Positions 48,271 through 60,029 of a DNA stretch of 64,000 nucleotides are shown piece by piece. A program made the translations under genes and the position numbers. A model generated the notes under the pieces. That model was given only the letters and a program-made list of their open reading frames with translations. It searched no databases and had not been told where the DNA came from. The stretch is taken from contig MU058654.1 in the NCBI GenBank assembly GCA_013265495.1, positions 248,001 to 312,000 on the forward strand, written 5' to 3'. Positions within the stretch are counted from its first letter, which is position 1, and each line of letters opens with the position of its first letter. The DNA is from Vicugna vicugna. Lineage: Eukaryota.

Positions 48271-50529
48271 AGCAGGACAATTGCATGGTGACTTAGTAGC
48301 GCACCCCCAACCCTCACAGCCCCAGCACACACGATGCCTGTTCCTCACACAGCAGGTCATCTTTGGTGTCTTCCCCAGTCTTCATTCCACCCCTCAATTA
48401 TGAAATCAGCAAAACTCTCAGGGGAAGAAGACCCAGAAAGAACAAATGTGGCAGCAAGAGACAGAGGAATCAATACCTTCAGAGTCTGAGACTGTAATGG
48501 GCCCTGTAGGTCTGTTAATTATCAAACAAAAATTCTTTTTCAAGAAGGGGGAAAAATGCGTTTTAATAGCAGCTCTATAATTAGCCATTTCTGTTCATGG
48601 TTTCTTAGTATTTTTTACGTTTGTCTGCCTTCACCTTTATTTCCTTTAACAATGTTCACATAAAGTGGCTCAGAATTGCTCTCCCTCTAATTATTTACTG
48701 TAACAACCAACAAGCTGAGAGAAAGATGACAGAGCAGTGAAGAAAGATCTTTGTACAGGAAGTATTGACTCACCACTGTTTCCTTCTCACGCCTTGATTT
48801 TTTTTTTGTTGTTCTTTCCTAGAGTATAATTTGTAAGTACGCATAAAACACTCACCTGAGTTGTTTGATTTTATGATGATGTTAGACGTTTGGTCTGTGA
48901 GTTTGCTTATAACATAGATCCATGGTTTGCTCAGCCTTTGGTTAAAAGCAGTTCCATTCTATCCCAAAAGTCACCACTGGCCAAGCTGGAGCTGGTGTGA
49001 CTTGCGTGCGATGGGGCACAGGGGCATTACAGAAATGTAAGTGTGATAACCTCAAGAGAAGGTAGGGGTTTGAATGCCAGGACTGAATGGTAAGGTAGGG
49101 AGTAATTTCGGGGGAAAATAATTCTCAGTTCTGAGAAAGCAAATGAAAAATGGAATCCTCGGTGGGGCAAAAACAAGAGGTAAAAAGCCCTAGAATCAGG
49201 GTCCAAGTCACTACACTCTGAAGAAGGTAGCAGATTCACAGTGAAGGAAGCAGGTATCACGTCCTCGAAACTGAAACTGTTTGCATCCATCTTTCTGAAA
49301 GCCCATCTATTTAAGGTGAGACTCTGAGTTCACTACCAGAAACTGTCAACATTGTACCGTGAATAACAATGGCCCTGTACTCACCCAACACCTAATATAT
49401 GGAAGAAAAATGAATTCAAGGGTCAGAGCATGGCCCTGAGAGGCAGCAGTTTCAACCATGATTCACCATTTTATTGTAACATGAAGGGACTATTATCAAC
49501 AAGTGGTCATTGCTAAGTGATCAGGATATTGTGAGTGAGATGGTATCGTGGAACTTAAAGAGATGAGAAGGGCCTAAAATTAAACATCTGAGGGGTGAGC
49601 AATGCACCACTTCTAATGTAACCCATCCAAAAAGCATCCAGGATGAAGAAAAGACCACGGACCCCCCAGGACAGCACTGAAGCTACCAAAAATATCAATG
49701 TTAAACATCCCTCAAGCGGTTGTCTTTAAAACCAACCACAGGTTCAATCCATGGCCTTTTCTGTATTATCCCAATGTGAGCTTCCTCCAGAGATGGGTCC
49801 CCTCCCACTTTGATGTGACAAACATGAGATATAATGGGAAGAGTCTCGCCTCTCTGGGAGTACAGCGCTTCCCTCTGGGGTAAGCATGGGATGTCTTCCT
49901 TCTGCACGAAGCAGAGTTTAAAATGGCCTGTGTTTATGTCAGAGATCTCCAGCAAGATTCAGAACAAAATAAATTGTGCTCTGTTCTCTGAGCAGTAATG
50001 GTTCTCGGCAATAGGCTCTTTCTGTAGTTTATTGGTCTATCTTATAGTTTATTAGAGCACAGCTTGTGTCAGGACTTCCATTATAAACCCATATTTTCTG
50101 GGTTGAGAGGTCAACAATAAAATTGGGCTAGTACTGAACCTTACTTTTAATATTCAGTCCCTACTCAAGAATGTAAGAGGAGAAATTAAAGAGAGAGGGG
50201 GAGAGAGAGAGATGGAAAGAAGCACCCACGAGTAGAATGTGGCATCATAATTCTGGCATTTGTTTGCCTTAGTAGTTAATTGTAAGGCTCACTTTTGTTT
50301 CATTATACTTTCATCTATTGTGGGACATATTTGATAGAGGAGAAGTGATTTGGTAGGAAGAAAATTAAAGGTAAAAATAAAATTAGTTTTCTCTACTCAG
50401 TTAACATACCTATGTGTCCACAAAACAGTTGTGTCTTCAGCTTTTAATTTGCTACTCAAGTCACCTAAAGAACAAGAGGTTTAACACTGTGCAAAAGCCA
50501 AGAGGGAAAAATGTAGTAGTGTTCCTTTT

Positions 50530-50795
50530 TCTTTTAAATTTTTTATTGATGTGTAGTTGATTTCCAATGTTAGGGTTTCAGATGTACAGCAAAGTGATTC
50601 AGTTATACATATACATACATTTTTTTTTCTTTTCAGATTCTTTTCCATTATATGTTATTACAAGAAATTGAATATAGTTCCCTGGGCTCTACTGTAGGTC
50701 GTTGTGGTTTATCTACAGTATTTATATACAGTAATGTGTGTGTGTTAATCCCCAAGCCCTAATTTATCCCTCTCTGCCCTTTCTTCTTTGGTGGT
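50530..50795 (-). mobile_element. LINE-1 3'UTR fragment (artiodactyl-type)
   Basis: 'ttattgatgtgtagttgatt...gtacagcaaagtgattcagttatacat...gaatatagttccctg'. Confidence 0.9.
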
Positions 50796-51519
50796 CTTAA
50801 TGGTTGAATTTTTTATAGTTTTTTTTTTCTTTCCTTTGTGATCATGAGCCATTGGCGGACTTCTGTTAAGATGACCTTTTATGCTTTTCTTCATTTAAAC
50901 AAAAAGCCAAATAGTACCTATATTTTTGTTTTACTCCCACCACACTGGAGGAAATTATTTAAACTCGTTTTAAGTGCTTCCGATGGCAATGATAGCTGAG
51001 AAAAGATCATTTGTAAAGGATCCATTTCAAAATGCACTGTCTTGCTGTAATGTCCACTATGGAGAGAGAGACCTGAGCTTAAATTATACCACAGCTATTT
51101 TAAATGGATTTTTAAATTATCTACCTTTGCATTTCATCGTGAATGTTTCAGGGAAATTATCCTGAGATAATGCCAACAAATGGCTGCAGACTTTAGGTTT
51201 ATAATTGCTCTTGTTCATTTAAGGTTCCCAGCAGACCATATCAGGAAATTCAATGCCTGGCAAGTCGAGCTTGATAATATACCGTAACTGGCATTTTCTT
51301 ATTAGACAAGAACCCAGATCAGCTTTCATTTGTAGCAATGACCCTAATTAAGAGAATCATGATTTAAAGCAGAGTCTGTGCATTTTTAAGAATCAGATCT
51401 GGGTATGGTAGTGTTAGCCAAAGGGTTATTTTTTTTTCCTTAGAAAACTGGCATAATCTAACCTTAATTTTAACTTTTCAAGTGCATATCATTTTTAAAA
51501 TTTTATTCTAGCTACTGAA

Positions 51520-51578
51520 TGTGTTTATGTATATATATATGTGTGTGTGTGTATATATGTATATGTATATATATGTGA
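51520..51578. repeat. (TA)n/(TG)n compound microsatellite
   Basis: Directly visible. Confidence 0.85.
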
Positions 51579-52459
51579 AAATGTCATATATGCACATTTC
51601 CATGTACGTTAAGAACACTCATCTCTGTCTTGACTTGGTTTTAGAGCTGTAAGAGATCTCAGAAGAAAGATCACTTAATGTGACCCTCACCACTCCCACT
51701 GTCTTAAGTGGAAGGATTGAGGACTTTGAGGCTAATGCAACTTGCTTTGGGTCGTCAGCTGGCAAGACGTAGAACCTCAACTGCATAAGCCTCTTGATGA
51801 GAATTATACAGAAAAGAACCCCCTGTCCTCCCCTCCAGAATACCTGTTAAAGATGTTCCCTGTGGCATATGTTGAAGTACCTGTTATTTTTTCTTAACTC
51901 ACCCAGTCAACAGAAATTATTCATTGCTGTGGACTCTAAAAGTGTTCCCCCTGAATTTTTATCCTGACATTATTCAGAGGGACCACTACCATGAAATTAT
52001 CTTGGACCCCACTGTCAAAATCTTTGAGTACTCCATCCAGATGTGTGTATAAAATTTGAAAACTTATTGGGCGTGATCCAAAGTGGATCCATCACATCTT
52101 ATACGTCAAGGCTAACAAGATGCAGCAGGAATAACAACCAACATTTGGAGAACATGTTACAGTTTCTAAAGAACCTCCGCCTATAGTATTTCTTTAGCTG
52201 CAGTTCTCTGCCCCCCAACACTGTGAAGATGCATGGCAAGAACTAGAACTTTAGCTCTTAGGGTACTTCCATCCCCATTTCCTTGTTTGGAAAATAAAAA
52301 TGTTTCTTTAAGTGAAAAAAATTCAGGTTTTCAAACCATAAATCCATCTTCTCTCCACTATGCTATCCCGCCTTCCTGATAGCAACAACTATCATTGATA
52401 ATATACTATGAAGAAACTTGATGTGATTTATCAATTATGGTTATAATTACAGTGGTAAT

Positions 52460-52690
52460 AACCACAGCCATTATTACTGGGTTTCAGGTGCTGTTCTCGG
52501 CAACATCTTACCTGTGATCACAGGTGCAAAAATCTATACAGTAGGTATTATCACACCAAATTCAGAGTCTGGGCAAACAGAAGCTCAGGAAAGCCAGATG
52601 ATTTATGTAACGTCATGGAACCTGTAAAAAGCAGAAGCAGGATTTGAAGCAGGTCAGCTTGACCCAAAACTAAACGGCCTTTAATTCTTT
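52460..52690 (-). mobile_element. MIR SINE
   Basis: 'gtaggtattatcacacc...agaagcaggatttgaagcaggtcagcttgacccaaaa'. Confidence 0.65.
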
Positions 52691-54859
52691 GCTGTACTTC
52701 CTTCATGAGATAACACACACATTTGACAAAATAAGGATGTGCTGGTGATAGCAATAAAAACAGAAATCAATGCTAAGGTAACCTCAAGGTTCAGGTAGTA
52801 TAGGAAAAAAACTTGACAGAAAAAAGAAAAGTTTATATGTGCATGTATAGGTGTGGGTGTGGGTGTAAGAAAGAGAAAGGTGTAAATATACATCTATATG
52901 ATATACATCATATGTATAAATGAGACGTGCATGTTTATAGCTGTACTTTCATTTATGGATATATGTCTATATAAACACATGAAAGTAAATTTTTAACAAA
53001 TAAAAGAGGAATAACACAGATAATATTATTAAGAGCTTTCACAAGACCCTAAACAATTCAAACAGCTATTAAGCAGAATTTCCTTTATACATTTGGTACG
53101 GGAGATAGAATTCCTACCAGTGTTATAGGCAACTTTTTATCAAGATTTAATTGTTAGAGTTGCTTCATTTCAAGGAAAATGATTTAACCCCCAGGATATG
53201 CAGATCACTATTATAATAAGCCACGTTTTATTTTAAACGAGGGGAGGGCCTTCAGCTATTCTTGCAAGAGTGAAAATTTCCAGGAATTATCCTTACTGCT
53301 ATTATAAATTAATAAATTTTAGCAGTGCCATACCGCAAATCTTTGGCACGGACCTATATAGAAACATTAATATCTTATGATATTGATTTCAAAGACAAAG
53401 TCCAGAACCTTATGGTAAATCTGGAGGAAGTTTGTCTCTCATGATAAATGTTGCCATAAGATTCACTTAATAATATCCGAGTAAATCACAATCTCCCCTG
53501 GAGCTCACGATGGGCTCAGGAAGCACATACATCCTCTCCTAGGGTCTCATGCGCCCTGGGCACACTTCCTGTAAACGGCCACCTAGAGCATTGCTGGTTC
53601 CTGTGCTGTCTGTCACTGTCACTGACAAACTGAGTGATCACCAGGCTCAAGCCTGTGAGAGTCCCACTGTGGGGACCCCGTTGACGGGGCTTCAGATGCA
53701 CCCCTCCCCAAGGCAAGGGGGGTTGCAATCAGACAAAATGAGTACTTCAGACCTATTAGAAAGAGGCTGGATGGCACCCAGGTAGGATCCTGGAACTAGT
53801 GCGCTTCGGACTTTAGCTCAGTCATCTGGGCACTTTTCTTTCCAGATACGCTGGTCTTGTACGATCGTGCAGCAATGATCAGCACTGAAAAACACCAGCA
53901 GTGCAGCACACTGGTAATCAGAAAAAGCAATGCCTTTTCTGCCCTTTCCACTCACCTTCCCCACCCCCTGCCCTACCCCCAGTTCACTACCTCGAATTAT
54001 GACTGTAATTTAGCACCTGCTAAGTATGTTTTCCAAGCACGGGCCTATGTGAGTGTTGACACTAGACAGCCGCATGTATAAATAATCAGAAGCATAAATA
54101 GGAACAGTCTGTAAGTAAGCCAGCCTCCACAAGTCCCCTGAACGTCTGGGGCAGGGAGGAGAGGGCGGGAACTTCGCCTTTGGGCATCTGAGCTATTAGC
54201 CCCCATACGCCGTCATCCCAGAATGGCCAGCCTGGGTAAACATGTGAGACAGATGTTTTCCAGTTTGTTTATCTTCTTCCTGTCACTTTCACTGATATTC
54301 TCTGCTCTTCTTGGCGGCTGACCTTTCACAAATGTGGGTTTTGTTTTGGAAATGTCCTATTGTAAATAAGAGGGCAGGGTTCACAGAGCAAAGGCCAACA
54401 TAGCTAGGAGGCTCCGTGGGGGACAAGGAGCCCTGTGTCACCTGCCAGAGGCGAGTGTTAACCTGCCCCCAGCCACGAGGAGGAGCCGGGGGTCAGCTCC
54501 CACTTTTCCAATGCTTCGTCCAAGCATGGTTCTTAACGTTCCCCAGGAGAACAGAATTAACAATATGGAACAACATGTTGATTGGCTAATCAGTTTGCTG
54601 TTGGGTATTTTTGGGAATAAAGGTCAATAAATATCTGAGTAACATATAGGGAGATGCTGGGAAACAAATCAATATTTAACAGTGTGGGTGTTGATGATTG
54701 AAAAATGTTCTATTCAAGATTCATATTTCTTATGTTGGTTCATTCTTTCAGCTCAGAATCCCAGGAGGACAAGGACTGACTGGGCACGTAATGGAGTTTG
54801 TTTGAATGGAAACTATTGTCAGTTATGCCCTAACTCCTTCCCTATTAGACATGGGCTTC

Positions 54860-55030
54860 TGGTTGGGTGAATCAAATAACTTCTCTGAGCCATTGTTCCT
54901 TTAGCAATAACGTAAGTGTAATATTCCCTTTCTACCTACCTCAAAATGTTGTTAAAACTCAAGTAAGATCATGCATATGAAAGAACACTGTAAGCAGCAA
55001 AGCACTTTCAAAGATACTTGGTATTCAGGC
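54860..55030 (+). mobile_element. MIR SINE
   Basis: 'aacttctctgagccattgttcc...ctacctacctcaaaatgttgtt...gatcatgcatatgaaag'. Confidence 0.65.
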
Positions 55031-55889
55031 TAATATTATTCAATAGTTTTTCGTAAAGTTTCAGATGATAAAAACCCAGGGCATTTCAAAATTAGGAGAG
55101 CTCAAATTATGATGTATTTCTGAAGCCTAATGCAACGGGAAGCAGACAGTAAGTTAGACCATGCCTGCTGATTAGGGGACAAGAACTCATTGTTTGGGGT
55201 GTATTGAGTGAAACTGAAGTTACGAGGCAGAAATTTCTTCCTCCTCCTATCTCAGAAAGGCAAACAGTCCTCAGGGGTAATGGGTTCAATCCTCCACGAT
55301 GCAGCCCTGATGTCTTCCAGGGGCTATCCCTCTCAGACATTGCTCAGCAGACGGGACACAGGGGTGCTGATACTCACGGGATAGGAATTCAGGTTCAATT
55401 GTGTTTCTAGGCCGCATCTCTGGATAAGAGCAAACGGCCAGCAAGCTCCATCAATGCCATCAAAATCTGGGCCGGAGAGAAAGAACTTCTCTTTATGTTG
55501 TGAAAGCATCCGTCTCATGCTCTGAGATGAGCTTAAATCAGACTGCCTCCTAGGCAAGTCAGTCCGACTGTTGCATCTTAGAAGGGGTCTCTGGCACAGA
55601 AAGCTTTCTAAATACTCCGTCCTATTGCCCTTCCGTGCCTCCTGATTATTTTCCTTAACCACCTCTCTTGCTTTTCGATTACGATTATTGGATGAGATCT
55701 TTGCCACCTCAGTCACATTTTAGCATGTGTTGCTTTGCGACTTTGGCTTTGTAGTGCTTTTCATTTATAAAAGAACCTCTGTAAAGAACAGACTAGAAAC
55801 AAACAGCCCTTTACAATGATCCAAATGAGACATTTTTGAGCACGCGTGATTTCAGCGCCGTGGTAAGGCCCGGCAGTGGCGGGGTGCAG

Positions 55890-56060
55890 CTTATTCAATC
55901 CGTCAGTCACTCCACTTGGATTTGCAGAGTGACGTGTTGACCTCCATACTAGGTGCTGGCAACATAGAGAAGAAAAAGATAACCTTGGCTTCCTCCTAGA
56001 AGGAGGTGGCCCAAGGGAAATGAGACTCAGTCATGCCATTGGCAGCATGGGTACCATCAC
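55890..56060 (-). mobile_element. L2 3' fragment
   Basis: 'ttgacctccatactaggtgctggcaacatagagaagaaaaagataacc'. Confidence 0.5.
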
Positions 56061-59026
56061 TACATCTGACATTTTGATTCAGAGATAAACCATTTAATAA
56101 GACTTCTTCAGAGCACGGTCCATTTCTAATCCAGCTCTAAATCCTTTCTATCACCTCCAACTGCCCTGAACACCTAGAACATAGTAAATATTTAATAAGT
56201 ATTTATGGAAAGGCAGCCCTGAAGAAAAAAAAAAGAAATTGCTAAGATGTTTTGATATCATTTCAACTAGAAGAGTGAGGCTGGGTGCATTGTTTGGAGG
56301 GCATTGAGGACAACTGGAGATGATGAAGTAATTAATTGTGCATGACCCCAGGCTCTTTGCACTCACCAGATATTGACTTTCTCCTGTTGCCTTCATCATT
56401 AGGCAGATTCAGGTTTAATTGCTCTCCACTGAGCACCTACAGGGAACTGTGTAGGTGTTCCCATACGGAATGAGATACAATCTCTAAAAGCAACCCCTTG
56501 AGTTAAGTCTCATTTTTCCCCACCCCATTACTGTGGGAATGTGATTCAAAGATATTAAGTTGACTACAGTCTCACAGTCTGGTTATGTCAGACCCAGGAT
56601 CCCAACTGAAGTCATCCATCTAGGCTTACACTAGTCTTAGGAGTCAGAAATGGATCTGCGAATATGAATAATAAATGGGAAAGACCTACTTGGTTAAAAG
56701 GGCTATAATTTTTTTAATCTATATAGATGATTGGAACAAAGACTTTAAAAGCATCCTTAAAAAAATGAGACCAGTCAGTCACCTGCCCTTTGCAAGGAGG
56801 AGGTCCTATAGCGCTGACTCATCCTCTTACCGTTCCAAAATTCAAAGTGGGACACATATCCCCCTGCTTGTCTATATTTCAAGACAGGATTGTGGAGATC
56901 TGACTTCCCTAAAGTAAGTTCTCATTGCTGACGAAGCCTACATTGAATGTGGGATGGTTTGAGATGAAGAGTCTCTCCTTCATCTTGGGTTGGCTTATCT
57001 GGGAGACTGAAGCCATGACAGCCATGGGGGGAATTCTCCGTATCCTTACCAAAGAGATGGATGCTTTTGAAGTAGAAGAGGATGATCAATAGAATTCTGA
57101 TTGACATTAAATGATACAAAAAAAAAAAAAGGTCACTTGGGAATTCAGGGCCATTGGGTGATGCATAAATTCAGGGGGTGTCATTGACACTGTAGCTTGT
57201 GTAAATGCCCCTCCTGGACTTGGTAAACATGGCAGCCCTGTAGACCATTTGTCTTCCCTAGTCTCTATACAATTACCATTATTTGAGATCTGAGATGGTG
57301 AGGCAGGCAAGGGAAGAGAAGTCACCATATGTTGTCTTGGCCCCAAATCATAGTGACGTTCCCCCAACTCAGTATCCTCTGAGCGTCCACAAGAAAGAGG
57401 ATGTGGGAGCGAGGGTAGGATGTGTCTTCCCTCGCTCATCGGCTGTGTTTTATTGCTCCGCCACCATCCCTCCCCAGAAGGGTAGATCACTGAGCCCTGC
57501 CTGCACTGCCAGCGCCTCTTCTGTGTAAAAGCAACAGCACAGAAATCCCTCTTTACCATCCGCAACTTGGCTTTTGTCAATAAGCACCGAGGACATAAAA
57601 AGAGAAGATGGGCTTTGCTCCTGAATGGGAGCTATTTAACTTTCAATATCAAGAGAGTGGCAAATACCTTCAGATGCTGTGTCCCGCTGAGCCTTTTCAG
57701 AAGTGGGTTTTGACTGCAGAAGGCTGTTTTCTCCTCACACTAGACCCAGAGAGGCGATTCTCTCTTAATTTGACCTTGTGACTGCCTCTTGGCATGCCAA
57801 GCTGTGCCCTGGTAATATGGTGGGAATGACAGGCACACCGTAATTTTTTCACGAGACATCATTGGCCATGCTGTCGTGAGCAGGAGCCCGGCTGTGTGAT
57901 GCTCGCCTGTTCCCTGTGTTTGGGCTGCTGCCCTTTCTCTCTCTGCGCAGCCTCAGAGTGGCAACATCTTAAGGCAGAGCCTTAAAGTGGGCATGAAATT
58001 GCCACTTTGAGATGCTATGCTTTTTGCAAGCTTTGAGGCACACATAGAGAATTTAAATGCCTCCCCAAAGAGCTCTTGGTATCAAGAATGATACTCTTAA
58101 GGTAGTCCGTGCTGAAAGTTTGAGGATGGAACAGGACTGCAAACACAAGAATTGATGCACGCAACTCCCAGGCTCCTCCCGAGTCAGGATTAAAGACAGC
58201 AGTGGGGCGTGAGAGCACATTCCCTCTTGACAATCCTCAGTGCAGTAAAAGGCGTTTTATATTTATGCGTAATGAGCTACTTCTGTGCTTTACAGACCAT
58301 TTTGCACATGGTTTGTACCTCGTATTAAGTTTGACGATGTATATGAAAGTATTTTATAAACAGAAAATTGTTACGCAGATTTTAGCTATTACGAAGATAA
58401 TGATAAGTGAACAACTTCAGTTAGTGAGCTTGTCACTGGGCCAGTTTGGAAGTCTCTCTCCCCCTCCTCCTGACCCCACCACTGGATGCAGAAAAAAGCT
58501 AGGAAGGAATATTAGGGGATTTTTTTTTAAAGTCGTTGACATTCACTAATAGTCACAAAACGGCACATTAAACAATAAAATTCCATTTCTAGCATAAGAG
58601 AGTGGCCAAAAAAAAAAAAAAAAACAGAGATCGAAAACCATCAATGCTGACAACCCCTAAGGTGAAACAGACAGTAGGAAGTGTTAAGATATTTTGAGAA
58701 AGTTTTCTGCCAATGTCCATTAAAATTTTAAAGACCCTACTATTTGGTACAATCCCACTTTTGTGACTCCATCCTACAAAATAAAAACATCAGTTATTGT
58801 ATCCATATATCTATAGGTAGGTAAGTAGTTGGGTGATAGATAGATAGATAGATAGATGTAAATATTCATTATAGCATTGTCTGTGGTGGCAGAAAACTTA
58901 AAACAGTAAGTCAACCGTTCTTGAATCACACAGTGTTAATGACTTTGTACAAAAGCTTTGTCCTGAGGCTGCACTATAATTTACTAAGCCTGACACTTAT
59001 TTTCAAACCCTCAAGGTGATTCTAAT

Positions 59027-59911
59027 TTTTTTAGAAGCCTATATATATATATATAATGTAATATATAATGTATTTATTTATTGAAGTATAGTCAGTTTAT
59101 AATGTTGTGCCAATTTCTGGTATATAGCACAATGCTTCAGTCATACATGAACCTATATATATTCGTTTTCAGATTCTTTTTCACCATAAGTTACTACAAG
59201 ATAGTGAATATAGTTCCCTGTACTATACAGTATGAACTTGTTGTTTATTTATTTTATATATATTAGTTAGTATCTGCAAATCTCCAACTCCCAATTTATC
59301 CTTTCCCCTCTGGTAACCGCAAGTTTGTTCTCTATGTCTGTGAGTCTGTCTTTGTTTTATAAACAAGTCTGTGTGTCTGTTTTTTTAGATGCCACATGTA
59401 AGTGATATCATATGATATTTTTCTTTCTCTTTCTGGCTTACTTCACTTGGTATGATGATCTCCAGGTCCGTGCATGTTGCTGCAAATGGCATTATTTTAT
59501 TCTTTTTTATGGCTGAGTAGTATTCATATATATATATATATATATACATACACACACATACATACACACACACACCACAACTTCTTTATCCAGTCATCTG
59601 TTGATGGACATTTAGGTTGCTTCCATGTCTTGGCTGTTGTAAATAGTGCTGCAATGACCATTGGGTGCATGTATCTCTTCACATTAGAGTTCCCTCTGGA
59701 TATATGCCCAGGAGTGGGATTGCTGTATCATATGGTAAGTCTATTTTTAGTCTTTTAAGGAATCTCCATACTGTTTTCCATTATGGTTGCACCAAACTAC
59801 ATTCCCACCAGTAGTGTAGGAGGGTTCTCTTTTCCCTACATCTCTCCAGCATTTATTGTTTGTGGACTCACCTCACACCAGTCAGAATCGCCATCATTCA
59901 AAAGTCCACAA
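59027..59911 (-). mobile_element. Lineage-specific LINE-1, 5'-truncated with a 5' inversion
   Basis: Antisense ORF2 end (EYYSAIKKNKIMPFAAT...KYHMISLTCGI, ORF 59385-59573) and 3'UTR; 59869-59911 is L1 in the opposite orientation; TSD gtga(t/c)tctaat at 59016-59026 and 59912-59922. Confidence 0.92.
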
Positions 59912-60029
59912 GTGACTCTAATGTTTGTCACTATAAAATAACACTGACATAAGCAACCTTGCTCATCAATCTTTTCCCCCAACTCTGCTTATTACTATAG
60001 TATTTATTTCCAGAACTGAAGAGTATTTC

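Noticed and set aside
57107..57580. Longest ORF (157 aa, - strand)
   Set aside because: No recognisable domain, non-ATG start, runs through a T homopolymer; length is compatible with chance.
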